NCBI GenBank assembly: GCA_045046875.1
Contig: JASFYY010000032.1
Span: forward strand, 1 to 18,512
DNA from: Verrucomicrobiota bacterium
Lineage (GTDB): Bacteria; Verrucomicrobiota; Verrucomicrobiia; Verrucomicrobiales; DEV007
Reading direction: 5' to 3'
DNA: 18,512 nucleotides
The notes under the pieces are model-generated. The model saw nothing but the letters and a program-made list of their open reading frames with translations. It searched no databases and was not told the origin of the DNA. Positions within the stretch are counted from its first letter, which is position 1; each line of letters begins with the position of its first letter. This document shows positions 8,338 through 17,984 of the stretch, piece after piece. The position numbers were made by a program, and so were the translations under genes.

Positions 8338-10347
8338 TTAACCTGACAACATCTGGCGAATCTGATCAAAATAATCGCCGATTTCCTCTTGCGTCGCAGG
8401 CTCGGCCGCCAGTTCTTCATAATCGATTTCTTCAAACAAATCGTCGCCGAACTCATCGACAAAACAACTCAACTGACAGCCCTGTTTTTGCCCCCATTTG
8501 GTACGGGTAAAACACCAGGTCATCGTCAGTTGCTCCATCGCCCGGGTCAGAGCGACGTAGAGAATCCGTCGCTCTTCATCAATCGATCCCTCCTCCAGAG
8601 ATCGTGAATGCGGCAACACCCCCTGCTCAATGCCGCACACATAGACCACCGGAAACTCCAGCCCCTTGGCCGCATGCATCGTGATCAACGACACCCCCCA
8701 CCCTCTCTCACCATCATCGCGATCCTCCTTCTCCTGACGCAAAGCCACACTGTCCATGAAATCTGCCAGCCCTCCGGAAGACGCCGAACGCTCACGATGC
8801 GATTTCATGCTCTCCAGCACATCATTCACCGTCTGTTCCCTCGCCAGAGCCTCCTCGGGCGTGCGGCAATTGCGCCGCACATAATCCATGAATTCTATAT
8901 CAGCGAGCAGCTCGGTAGTCATCGCTGCATAGTTCAAAGTATCGCTTTTGACCACCTCGGTATAAACATCGACCATATCGCGAAAAGCCCGCACCGCACT
9001 GCGCGCCCGGGTTGACAAATTACCCAGATAAGCCTTGTCACGCAGTGCTTCGAAAATGCTGCAATCCTGCTGGATCGAATACTCAGTCGCTGTCGCAATG
9101 GTGGTATTGCCAATGCCCCGTGGCGGATTGTTGATCACCCGCAACAGGCTCACATCATCATCAGGATTCAAAAACAGTGCCATGTAAGACAACACATCCT
9201 TCACCTCGCGCTTCTCAAAGAAACTCTGCCCACCCAATATCCGGTAAGGGATATCCTGCTCGCGCAAAGCCTGCTCGAACAATCTCGATTGAGTATTCAT
9301 GCGGAACAAAATCGCAAAATCCTCCCACTCGCGTTTTTTTTCCTGACGCTGTTCGAGAATTTCATAAACCAAAGCCTCCGCCTCGGTCTCCTCATCCGGC
9401 ATGCCCATCAATCGCGGAACCTCCCCCTCCCCCTTCGAAGACCACAACGTCTTCTCCCGCCGCCCGACATTATTTTTGATCAAGCTATTCGCCAGCTTCA
9501 GAATGATATTTGTCGAGCGATAGTTCTCCTCCAACTTGATCACTTTCGGATTAGGAAAAAATCGTTCAAAATCTAGGATGTTAGTTATCTCTGCTCCGCG
9601 AAAACCATAAATACTCTGGTCGTCATCCCCCACCACACAGACATTATTGGTCTCCGGTCGCACCAATAACTGCACCAACTCCATCTGCAGCGAATTGGTA
9701 TCTTGAAACTCATCGACCATCATGAACTCAAAACGTCGCCGCCACATCTGTTTCGCCTCTGGAGACACCCGCAAAATCTCCACCGCCAGCAACATCAAGT
9801 CGTCAAAATCAACCGCATTCAGTTGTTTCAACTCCGCTTGATAGGCACGATAAACTTCAGCGATCAACGAGTCCGCTTTATCCGACACCGGCACCCCCTT
9901 GTTCTTAGCCGAACTGATCAAACTCTGCGCCACCTTGGGCTCAAGCTTTTCATCCCCCGCCGCCTTGCGCACAATGATCCGGCGAATCAAACCCACTTGA
10001 TCCGAGGTATCATAAATGGTGAAGTTTTTTTTGTAACCGAGAACCGTGATCGATTCCCGCAAGATACGCACGCACATCGAATGGAAAGTCGAAACGGTCA
10101 CCTTCTTCGCCGCCGCCTTGGGCACCGCTCCCGCCACCCGCTCACGCATCTCCGCTGCGGCTTTATTAGTGAAAGTCACCGCCAGGATTTTATCCGGCGA
10201 TACCCCCTGCTTCAACATGTAGGCAATGCGCGCCGTGATCACCCGCGTCTTGCCAGTACCCGCGCCCGCCAGAATAAGAACCGGCCCACGCATCTGCTTG
10301 ACCGCCGCGTCTTGAGCCGGATTCAAACCGGTTAAAATAGATGCCAT
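8338..10347 (-). CDS. ATP-dependent DNA helicase, UvrD/Rep/PcrA family
   Basis: Walker A AGAGTGKT, TFTNKAA, STFHS, VDEFQDTN, VGDDDQSIYGFRGA, LEENYRS, TMHAAKGLEF, EERRILYVALTRA. Confidence 0.97.
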   Translation of the reverse strand: MASILTGLNPAQDAAVKQMRGPVLILAGAGTGKTRVITARIAYMLKQGVSPDKILAVTFTNKAAAEMRERVAGAVPKAAAKKVTVSTFHSMCVRILRESITVLGYKKNFTIYDTSDQVGLIRRIIVRKAAGDEKLEPKVAQSLISSAKNKGVPVSDKADSLIAEVYRAYQAELKQLNAVDFDDLMLLAVEILRVSPEAKQMWRRRFEFMMVDEFQDTNSLQMELVQLLVRPETNNVCVVGDDDQSIYGFRGAEITNILDFERFFPNPKVIKLEENYRSTNIILKLANSLIKNNVGRREKTLWSSKGEGEVPRLMGMPDEETEAEALVYEILEQRQEKKREWEDFAILFRMNTQSRLFEQALREQDIPYRILGGQSFFEKREVKDVLSYMALFLNPDDDVSLLRVINNPPRGIGNTTIATATEYSIQQDCSIFEALRDKAYLGNLSTRARSAVRAFRDMVDVYTEVVKSDTLNYAAMTTELLADIEFMDYVRRNCRTPEEALAREQTVNDVLESMKSHRERSASSGGLADFMDSVALRQEKEDRDDGERGWGVSLITMHAAKGLEFPVVYVCGIEQGVLPHSRSLEEGSIDEERRILYVALTRAMEQLTMTWCFTRTKWGQKQGCQLSCFVDEFGDDLFEEIDYEELAAEPATQEEIGDYFDQIRQMLSG

Positions 10348-10414
10348 CGTTATATACGCCCTTCAATTCCCCGCATCATCAATTAAACGAAAAAACTACC
10401 CTGAAAATCTACCC

Positions 10415-10969
10415 CTACTTGATCAAGCGCAAGGAAACCGGGTAACGATAAAGCTCTCCTTCATTTGCTTTCAAGCATGCCAATATAGCAAAAATCAAAT
10501 CAGCAATCCCTATTGCAGGCCAAAGAATCATGACAACACATGGCCCAACGAATGGGATGTATCCCAGTGGTATAGAAAGTATTACTAAAGCGATATAAGC
10601 CAAAATAACCGTAATCTGAAAATTCAAAGCTTCTTTACCCTGGTCATCCACAAAAGGACTATCTTCCTTCTTGATCAACCATATTGCCAATGGTCCGACA
10701 AAGGACGTAAAAGCACCCAACAGATGCGCCAACATGCCAAAAGTCCTGTCATCTTTTTTAGACAATTTCCCTTTCCCCAACAAACCCGAAGCCGCCTCAT
10801 CCGATTCCGGGGAATCGTCCCCCGGCCCCTCGTCCGCCCCCACCGATTCCACTTCGATTTCCTCCACCTCTATATCCATCGGTGGCGGAGTCGCCTCCTC
10901 ACCCGCTTTCACATCCTCGTCATTCGCACCATCCTCCGACAGCTTTTTTTCGTTGGCATCCTCACTCAT
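10415..10969 (-). CDS. DUF4870-family membrane protein with acidic N-terminal extension
   Basis: DDRTFGMLAHL...GPLAIWLIKKEDSPFVDDQGKEALNFQIT...ANEGELYRYP pattern with three hydrophobic segments; about 60 aa Asp/Glu-rich N-terminus. Confidence 0.85.
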   Translation of the reverse strand: MSEDANEKKLSEDGANDEDVKAGEEATPPPMDIEVEEIEVESVGADEGPGDDSPESDEAASGLLGKGKLSKKDDRTFGMLAHLLGAFTSFVGPLAIWLIKKEDSPFVDDQGKEALNFQITVILAYIALVILSIPLGYIPFVGPCVVMILWPAIGIADLIFAILACLKANEGELYRYPVSLRLIK

Positions 10970-11091
10970 ATCTATTTGATAAATTATTCATCACAATCCA
11001 GCAAGTAACTTTCTCAAAAAACTGCGTCGATCAAATTAGGGGTCAGGCAACAAATCTTGACAAATGTGGATTGGTGGCTGGAAACCCATGG

Positions 11092-12183
11092 CTAGGCATC
11101 ATTCGTCAAAACCTCCGCAATCACCCGTGAATACAATTCATGCTCCTGTTGCTGAATCCTCGCGTGCAGCTCATCCTCCCCATCTCCCTCCAATATAGGC
11201 ACCCTGGCCTGCCCCAGGATCTCTCCCGAATCCACCCCCGCCGAAACCCGGTGCACCGTGCAACCCGCCTCCTGCTCTCCTGCCTCCAATGCCCGCTTCC
11301 ATGCGGCCAAACCTTTATACTTCGGTAGCAAAGACGGATGAATGTTCAGCATCCTGCCAGAAAACTCCTCCAACAAATCTCCACGCACGATTTTCATAAA
11401 CCCTGCCAGCACCACCAAATCCACCCCAGCCGCCTTCAACCGATCGGTGATCTCCTTGACCGCCCCCTCACTCAATCGCCCCCCTTTTTCGCTACCCGGA
11501 TCAATCCGAATCGCCGCCACACCCTGGTCCCTAGCCAAATCCAATATACCGGCTCCCTCCACATCTGAAACCACCACCGCCACCTCGGCGTCTAATTGAC
11601 CCGCCTCGATCTTCTCAAAAATCGCCTTCAAATTCGAACCCTTACCCGAACCCAGCACTCCCAATTTCGGTTTCACCTCAGCGGCACCACCGTCGCTCCC
11701 ACTCTGCTCCAGATTTCTCAAAGTCTCACTGGTGGATCGTCCCGGCACCAAGGACAAGATACAAATCTCCGCCCCCGCTTGTTCCAATGCCCTCCGCTCC
11801 TCAGCATTCAAACTCTCGATGGTGTAATCCCCTCCCTTGGCATACAAATGCGGACGCAGCGCTTCGATCACACCCGTCACTCGCGCTTGGTCAAATACCA
11901 CCACCCGGTCCACCGCCTCCAAAGCACACAAAATTTCCGCGCGGTCCTCCGCGCTGTGCACCGGCCGCCCCTCACCCTTCAACGATCTCACCGAAGCATC
12001 CGAGTTGACCGCCACCACCAAGGCATCGCCCAAAGCCCTTGCCTCCTTCAAATAGCGCACATGCCCGGCATGCAGCAAATCAAAACAACCATTGGTCAAA
12101 ACCACCCGACTTCCCCCAGCCGCGAGCTCATCCCGCCACTCGGACAGTTGCTTCAGGTCAGAAACGTAATTATTTTCCTTCAT
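11092..12183 (-). CDS. purN: Fusion of an RfaE domain II-type (HldC-like) adenylyltransferase and phosphoribosylglycinamide formyltransferase
   Basis: N-half: TNGCFDLLHAGHVRYL (HxGH), VNSDASVRSLKGEGRP, KGGDY, STS. C-half: GSGKGSNL, LAGFMKI, LNIHPSLLPKYKG, GCTVH, VDSGEIL. One continuous frame with linker EQSGSDGGAAE. Confidence 0.9.
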   Translation of the reverse strand: MKENNYVSDLKQLSEWRDELAAGGSRVVLTNGCFDLLHAGHVRYLKEARALGDALVVAVNSDASVRSLKGEGRPVHSAEDRAEILCALEAVDRVVVFDQARVTGVIEALRPHLYAKGGDYTIESLNAEERRALEQAGAEICILSLVPGRSTSETLRNLEQSGSDGGAAEVKPKLGVLGSGKGSNLKAIFEKIEAGQLDAEVAVVVSDVEGAGILDLARDQGVAAIRIDPGSEKGGRLSEGAVKEITDRLKAAGVDLVVLAGFMKIVRGDLLEEFSGRMLNIHPSLLPKYKGLAAWKRALEAGEQEAGCTVHRVSAGVDSGEILGQARVPILEGDGEDELHARIQQQEHELYSRVIAEVLTNDA

Positions 12184-12252
12184 AGAATAGCCTAAGCAGT
12201 GTATTCATACCCACCAGTATCATTTTCAAGCAATCAATCGCAAAATAAAACC

Positions 12253-13356
12253 ATGCACGATCCACGTATTGACCAACTCGCCAAACAGCTTGTCCGTTAT
12301 TCGACAAAAATCAAACGGGGAGAAAAAGTCCTCATCGATCTCTACGACGTGCCCGACTCCATCGGCCTTGCCCTGATCCGCGAAACCCGCGCCGTCGGCG
12401 GTATTCCTTTCATCAATATCAATCACTCGCGGCTGTCCCGCGAAATGGCGATTGGGGTCAATGAAGATCAAGTCACCATCAGCTCCAAGCTCGCAATGGC
12501 TCAGATGAAATCGATGGACGTCTATATCGCCCTGCGTGGCGCTGACAACATCAACGAACTCTCCGATGTGCCCGCCGCACGGATGAAAATCATCGCCACA
12601 AAAATGCGCGCGGTGCAAAACTACCGGGTCAACCAGACCCGCTGGTGCGTGCTGCGCTGGCCGACCGCCTCGATGGCGCAACAGGCCAACATGTCCACCG
12701 AGGCCTTCGAAGATTTCTATTTCAAAGTCTGCCTGCTCGATTACGCCAAATTGCAGCCCGCAATGAAAGCGCTCAAACGCTTGATGGATAAAACCAGGGA
12801 GGTCCAAATCAAAGGTCCTGGCACCCACCTGCATTTCAGCATGGACGGCCTGGAGTCCCTGATCGCCGGAGGCACCCACAACATCCCTGACGGCGAAGTT
12901 TTTTCATCGCCCGTCAAAGACTCCATCGAAGGCAAGGTCACCTTCAATGCGCCCACCGTTTACCAAGGCATCGCCTTTGACAACATTTGCCTCGAATTTG
13001 AAAAAGGTAAAATTGTCGAAGCTCATGCCGGCAGCAAAACCAAGGCCATCAACAAGATTTTCGACTCCGACCCCGGCGCTCGTTACATCGGAGAATTTGC
13101 CATCGGCTTCAACAACCAGATCAAACACCCGATGCGCGACATCCTCTTTGATGAAAAAATCGGCGGCTCTTTTCACATGGCAGCAGGTCAGGCCTATGAA
13201 GGCGTAGCCGACAACGGCAATCGTTCACAGATCCACTGGGACATGGTCAACATCCAGCGCCCCGACTACGGTGGTGGAGAGATCTATTTCGACGGCAAAT
13301 TGATCCGCAAAAACGGCAAGTTTCTGGCCAAATCCCTGCAGGCCCTGAATCCATGA
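12253..13356 (+). CDS. Aminopeptidase, M29 family (AmpS/aminopeptidase T-like)
   Basis: NIPDGEVF, GARYIGEFAIG, DILFDEKIGGSFHMAAGQAY, NRSQIHWDMV. Start placed at ATG 12253 (MHDPRID) rather than GTG 12199. Confidence 0.93.
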   Translation: MHDPRIDQLAKQLVRYSTKIKRGEKVLIDLYDVPDSIGLALIRETRAVGGIPFININHSRLSREMAIGVNEDQVTISSKLAMAQMKSMDVYIALRGADNINELSDVPAARMKIIATKMRAVQNYRVNQTRWCVLRWPTASMAQQANMSTEAFEDFYFKVCLLDYAKLQPAMKALKRLMDKTREVQIKGPGTHLHFSMDGLESLIAGGTHNIPDGEVFSSPVKDSIEGKVTFNAPTVYQGIAFDNICLEFEKGKIVEAHAGSKTKAINKIFDSDPGARYIGEFAIGFNNQIKHPMRDILFDEKIGGSFHMAAGQAYEGVADNGNRSQIHWDMVNIQRPDYGGGEIYFDGKLIRKNGKFLAKSLQALNP

Positions 13357-13404
13357 GAGGGGGCGGAGAAGAAAGACGGACGGAGTTAGAAGTTAGGAGA
13401 TAGA

Positions 13405-13782
13405 ATGAAAGCGTTTCTGCTAGTGGGACTTGGTGGATTTCTGGGAGCGACCAGTCGCTGGCTGATTGCCCAGTCGATCGACCGCTGGTTGCTGCACAGC
13501 CGCCTTCCTTTTGGCATCTATGCCGTCAACATCCTCGGTTGCCTGGTGATTGGTTACGTGATGGGACTTGCCCACGCCAGGGACGCCGTGCCTGATCACT
13601 ACCGCCTGCTTTTCATCATCGGTTTCCTTGGTAGTTTCACCACCTACTCCACCTTCAGTTGGAACTCCTTCGAACTCTTCCGCACCGGCCACCCGGGTTA
13701 CGCCATTGCCAATATCGCGCTCACCCTTCTCAGTGGTCTATTAGCTGTCTGGGGAGGTTATGCGCTCGCTACCCGCGCCTAA
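13405..13782 (+). CDS. crcB: Fluoride channel Fluc/CrcB
   Basis: VGLGGFLGATSRW, PFGIYAVNILGC, GFLGSFTTYSTFS; four TM segments; AGGAG Shine-Dalgarno-like sequence at 13395-13399. Confidence 0.92.
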   Translation: MKAFLLVGLGGFLGATSRWLIAQSIDRWLLHSRLPFGIYAVNILGCLVIGYVMGLAHARDAVPDHYRLLFIIGFLGSFTTYSTFSWNSFELFRTGHPGYAIANIALTLLSGLLAVWGGYALATRA

Positions 13783-14055
13783 CAATAGTTCCTCCAAAGC
13801 CTGCTCATCCACCCCGGCGACCTGAACGGTTTTCAATCGCGACTTCTCACCTGCCACCAGTTTTAAACGGCTTTTGGGTAGCTCCAATTTTTTGCTCAAG
13901 AACTTTATCAGTTCCTGATTCGCCTTACCATCCACCGGAACTGCGGCCAGCTTGATTCTCAAACGGCTCACCCCGTTCTCATCCTCCATCCATCCCAGAA
14001 TTTCGCTTTTTTTCGCTTTAGGGGTGACCTTGCACTTCAGCAATGTATCCAACAT
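13741..14055 (-). CDS. DUF167 (YggU/UPF0235) family protein
   Basis: KVTPKAKKSEI, LRIKLAAVPVDGKANQELIKFLSKKL, LVAGEKSRLKTV. Its 3' end overlaps crcB by 42 nt. Confidence 0.9.
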   Translation of the reverse strand: MLDTLLKCKVTPKAKKSEILGWMEDENGVSRLRIKLAAVPVDGKANQELIKFLSKKLELPKSRLKLVAGEKSRLKTVQVAGVDEQALEELLLGAGSERITSPDS

Positions 14056-14065
14056 GGCAGCGTGA

Positions 14066-15334
14066 TTATTTTTTACTGCCGAGACAAATCAAATGCGTAT
14101 CCGTACGGATAAACATCTTGCCCTTGGCCACCGCAGGGGTGGCATGGATTCCTGATGGCAATTGACTGATCCCCAATAGCTCAAATTTCTCCGCGGCAGC
14201 CACCACCACCATTTTGCCCTCGCGGCTGCCACAATAAATCTTGCCATCCGCCACAATCGGCGAGCTAAAAAACGTGCCGGGGGCTACCCGTTCCTGGTAA
14301 AGCTTCTTACCCGTATCAGCCTTCACACAAGTCAAAATGCCGCCGTCTCCCCACAGAAAAAACAAACCCTTATAACCAAGAGGAGTCGGCACATAAGGCA
14401 GCCCCTTTTTATCGAGACTGTATAGCTTTTTCACCTTACCTCCGGCCACCGCCGGACGTAGCGCCACGCTCTCCTTGCCTCCACCTCCCGAGCCGAGTGT
14501 CGCAAACACCACATCCCCCGACAATCCGATCGATCCCACCGAGCGTTGCTGAAACCCCGGGTTGTATTGCCATAACAAGTCGCCGGTTTTAGCATCCAGG
14601 GAAATAAAACCGTGTGTTGAATTAACTGCCAGCACTTGTTTTTTTCCATCCTTCCCCTGATAAACCACCGAAGTGCTGTAAGCACTTTTTTCCTTTTTGC
14701 TACCGATTTTATTTTTACGATCATGCCGCCAGACTTCTGCTCCGCTGACACAATCCAAGGCAATGATGGCACTGCGCTCTTGCTCTTTGTGCTCGGTCTG
14801 AATGATCATCAAGCCATCCACCAAAATCGGCGAACTCGCCGTTCCATGATCAGAGGTGAAACCTTCAAACTCTGCCCGCCAGACCTTTTTTCCTTTATGA
14901 TCCACAGCGACCGCCACCGTGCGATCCCCGGATCCCCAAAACAAATAAACACACTTGCCATCCACGGCGGGGGTGGAAGATGAAAAATTATTAAAACGGT
15001 GCTGGTGATGTTTGACAAAAGGAGCTGCCCACTTCCACTTCACCTTGCCACTTCGCGCATTGTAACACAGCAAACTTCTCTCATTCTTTTTCTTATCCGT
15101 GATGGTCAGAAAAAGTTCATGGCCCCACAACACCGGAGAGGAATGACCACTCCCCGGCAATTCCACGATCCAGGTAAAATCGGCAATCGTGACCTTGCTC
15201 GGCAAACCCTTGGCCTGGCCAAGCCCGGCTCCATTCTCGCCACGAAAACGAGTCCACTCCTGCCCTTCCGCCCCTATCACAGACACATAAACACAGGCCA
15301 GAACAACGACCAATAACAATGGGGGGGCTTTCAT
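14066..15334 (-). CDS. Secreted PQQ-like beta-propeller repeat protein (BamB-like, PVC-expanded family)
   Basis: Signal peptide followed by EWTRFRGENGAG, LPGSGHSSPV, SSSTP, ASSPIL, YVPTP, FSSPIVADGKIY, ATPAV and MFIRT. Start placed at ATG 15334 (MKAPP). Confidence 0.88.
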   Translation of the reverse strand: MKAPPLLLVVVLACVYVSVIGAEGQEWTRFRGENGAGLGQAKGLPSKVTIADFTWIVELPGSGHSSPVLWGHELFLTITDKKKNERSLLCYNARSGKVKWKWAAPFVKHHQHRFNNFSSSTPAVDGKCVYLFWGSGDRTVAVAVDHKGKKVWRAEFEGFTSDHGTASSPILVDGLMIIQTEHKEQERSAIIALDCVSGAEVWRHDRKNKIGSKKEKSAYSTSVVYQGKDGKKQVLAVNSTHGFISLDAKTGDLLWQYNPGFQQRSVGSIGLSGDVVFATLGSGGGGKESVALRPAVAGGKVKKLYSLDKKGLPYVPTPLGYKGLFFLWGDGGILTCVKADTGKKLYQERVAPGTFFSSPIVADGKIYCGSREGKMVVVAAAEKFELLGISQLPSGIHATPAVAKGKMFIRTDTHLICLGSKK

Positions 15335-15401
15335 TGGGTTCTCTTTGAGCAACAAATAATCAACCGCAATCAAATGCCAAATAGCCGGACACGCAAGCGG
15401 C

Positions 15402-17078
15402 TTAATCCAAAATCAAAGTAGTGCCCGTCGGCGCTTTGGGTCGGGGTTTCGGCTTGGGTTTATTCGGATCCACCGGAGGTCGTGGTTTGCTGGGGAATGC
15501 CGCTTTCACAAAAATCCGTGTATGGGGAATCTCAGGCGGATGCACATCCACACGCACCTCCTTGCTACTTTTTGCCTCGGAGGCAGCAAGCACCGATTCA
15601 TAAATCTGGCGGGTCCACGGTTGAACATAGCTCAAAAAATACGCCACCCTCTCCTTTTTGAGATCAACGGTGAATTTGGCTTTGGCTGCCGGATCTTTCA
15701 TATCCTTAGGAACCAGAGCGGCCACCTTCTGATCCAATCCCGCAATTTCCGCCTTCTGCGCTGCGATCACTTTAGGGCCAATCACCTTGGCCAGATTTTC
15801 ATACTGCTTGAGAGGAATCTCATCCAGTTTCAGCATCAGAGTCTCGCGTTTAGGCATCGCTTTCGGAGCGAATTTTTCACCCTCCCAAGTTGTCCACCCT
15901 GCAGCTATGCGATGAGACTCCGAAATATTCCGTGCTTCCAAATAAGCTTCAAAACTGTCCGCGCTGACATAATAATAAAACAAGGCGTTACGCTGCAAAG
16001 CCACCTTTTTACACGCCTTATCAAAATCCGAACCCCGTTTTTTGAACTGCTCGACCTTCCAGCCACCTTCTTTTTTGAATCCCAGGCTCAACTTCAAGCG
16101 ATCCGAAGTTCCGTTTCTCTCGATGAAATAACTGAAATCCTTCGGCCCGAATTTCCCTTTACCAAAAAAGGCTTTCACCTTTTTCTCATCCAAACGCAAG
16201 CGCTGCACATTAAACTCACGACGGTCCTCTGCGCCAAACAATCTTGCCAACATGCTTTTTTCCGGCAAGGCAATGCCCTCGCCTCCCATCTCAGTGATCA
16301 TCACTTGATCCAAGCCCAACGATTTAACAAAACGCCCGTTCTTCCTCACTCTTTCTTGGACTGGCAAAAAAGCCTTGCGGTTGGCTGGATTCTGTTTGGT
16401 CGACTGCAAAGCAAAAGTATAACTCCCCAGGTCACTACCCGTATAGGCTAATTTAGCAAAATTGCCGTATATCGCATCCCTCACCTTGAGCACATGAGCG
16501 TATGGGTCACCCACGTAATAGACCTTGCCAAACTTACAAATCACATAGTGGGCTTTTGACTCAGCTGATGCAACACGAGGATTAGGCATTTTCACCACCT
16601 TGGGGGCCACTTTTTCCTGTTCAGGCGTTTGAGCCAGAATCGCTTTCATCTTGGCCAGATCAGCCGCCGCCTCCATCACATCCTTTTCACGGCTTTTTTT
16701 AGCAACCTCCGCATCGTCGATTTTTTTCTGCAACTCCTCCATATCAGAGTTTTTCTTGGCCAGGTCCTTATTATTATTTTCAATCTTTTCGATTTCCAGC
16801 ATCAACTGTTGCGGTGTTTTATCTGGTTTCTTTTTACTTTCCGCAGCCGTTTGGGTTAGTTCTTCCAAATTTTTACGGGTAGCGTCCACACGCACTTTCA
16901 GCTCCTGCAGATCCTGCTCAGTGACATCCGGTAAATTCTCTACCACCACTTTCACCGCCTGGCTAAGACCCAGGCTACTGATAATCAAGATCAACAGCAA
17001 CACCCCGACCACATTGGTCAAGGCATCCAACAAGCTGTCCATGCTCGCTTCCCCGCTGTCTCTCGCTCTTCTCGCCAT
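15402..17078 (-). CDS. Atypical large ExbD/TolR-like membrane protein with coiled coil
   Basis: N-terminal MARR...SMDSLLDALTNVVGVLLLILII (ExbD-like TM with Asp), about 100 aa coiled coil, large extracytoplasmic domain and Pro/Lys-rich tail. Lies 1 nt downstream of the previous gene's stop. Confidence 0.65.
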   Translation of the reverse strand: MARRARDSGEASMDSLLDALTNVVGVLLLILIISSLGLSQAVKVVVENLPDVTEQDLQELKVRVDATRKNLEELTQTAAESKKKPDKTPQQLMLEIEKIENNNKDLAKKNSDMEELQKKIDDAEVAKKSREKDVMEAAADLAKMKAILAQTPEQEKVAPKVVKMPNPRVASAESKAHYVICKFGKVYYVGDPYAHVLKVRDAIYGNFAKLAYTGSDLGSYTFALQSTKQNPANRKAFLPVQERVRKNGRFVKSLGLDQVMITEMGGEGIALPEKSMLARLFGAEDRREFNVQRLRLDEKKVKAFFGKGKFGPKDFSYFIERNGTSDRLKLSLGFKKEGGWKVEQFKKRGSDFDKACKKVALQRNALFYYYVSADSFEAYLEARNISESHRIAAGWTTWEGEKFAPKAMPKRETLMLKLDEIPLKQYENLAKVIGPKVIAAQKAEIAGLDQKVAALVPKDMKDPAAKAKFTVDLKKERVAYFLSYVQPWTRQIYESVLAASEAKSSKEVRVDVHPPEIPHTRIFVKAAFPSKPRPPVDPNKPKPKPRPKAPTGTTLILD

Positions 17079-17079
17079 A

Positions 17080-17913
17080 CTAGTTTTTTAGAAATTTCGC
17101 AAACACCTTCAAGTCCACCTTGCCCTCACCTGGAAGCGGAAGCTTACCCGGTAAAATTTTGGTCCCTGACACTCGATTAAAACCCGAAACCGTACTATTC
17201 GCCCGGTTAAAATTCGCCACCGATGCCGGATTGCCCCGCACCAGGAAAATCAATTTACGATAGGGTTTCTCCCCGATCTTTTTCAACAAATCCAAAAACT
17301 CCTTACTCTGCTTCAACGAAGCCGATGGAATCTCCAACGGAGGCTCACTCAGGCTGGTATGAATCAAAATCGTTTTATCCGCGATCTCAACAAAATACGG
17401 TTCGATGTTAGAGGCCGCCGATCCACTGGATTGCACCCGCAACGCCGCCGCATCCGGAGGCAATTTTCGTTTTTTGATCTCCTCCTCCAGCTTCTTAACT
17501 TCAGCCAGCAACTCAATTTTGTCCTTATCCAGATTTTTGTTCGTCCGCATCAGCAGATTGAGCTTGGCGATCAACTCATCCCTCAGACTGTCAACTTTCT
17601 CGTTGCTGGCGAGCAACTCTTTCAAGCGCCGGAGCTTCTCCCGTTTCGTACGCAAATCCTCTTGATCCTGAATCAGGTTCTCCATCAACTGCCGCTTCTT
17701 ATCGAGTTGCTTCTGATCCTCTTCTTGTTTCTTTTTCAGCTCAACATACTCCTTGGCCACCTCAACCTCCTTGGGCTCCTTGCCCTCCCCCTTGTTCATC
17801 TGGATCAGATTGATGAAAACAATAATCATCGTCAAGCACCCGATCACACAGACCAGAATGCTCAAAAATGGGAAGAGCGATATTTCGGCTCCACTGCTTT
17901 TCCGTCTTGCCAT
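17080..17913 (-). CDS. Atypical ExbD/TolR-like membrane protein with coiled coil (no TM Asp)
   Basis: MARRKSSGAEISLFPFLSILVCVIGCLTMIIVFI, about 100 aa Lys/Glu/Leu coiled coil, C-terminal alpha/beta domain with LIFLVRG; directly downstream of an ExbB-like gene. Confidence 0.65.
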   Translation of the reverse strand: MARRKSSGAEISLFPFLSILVCVIGCLTMIIVFINLIQMNKGEGKEPKEVEVAKEYVELKKKQEEDQKQLDKKRQLMENLIQDQEDLRTKREKLRRLKELLASNEKVDSLRDELIAKLNLLMRTNKNLDKDKIELLAEVKKLEEEIKKRKLPPDAAALRVQSSGSAASNIEPYFVEIADKTILIHTSLSEPPLEIPSASLKQSKEFLDLLKKIGEKPYRKLIFLVRGNPASVANFNRANSTVSGFNRVSGTKILPGKLPLPGEGKVDLKVFAKFLKN

Positions 17914-17984
17914 TTTGTCAGATTCTCAAAATACCGTCAAAAAGTCCCTACAACGACTCACCTCGAACTATCAAAACCTATCTT

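Noticed and set aside
8338..10347. Helicase as a defence-system component (e.g. Gabija GajB)
   Set aside because: It is a full-length, housekeeping-like Rep/PcrA with no adjacent nuclease gene.
13357..13404. Fluoride riboswitch upstream of crcB
   Set aside because: The gap is too short, purine-only in character, and lacks the GAUGG...CC consensus.
15522..16451. 309-aa plus-strand ORF and other long antisense ORFs (17359-18054, 12226-12879, 9703-10335, 1213-1836, 11596-12195)
   Set aside because: They are shadow frames opposite well-supported genes and have no recognisable motifs.
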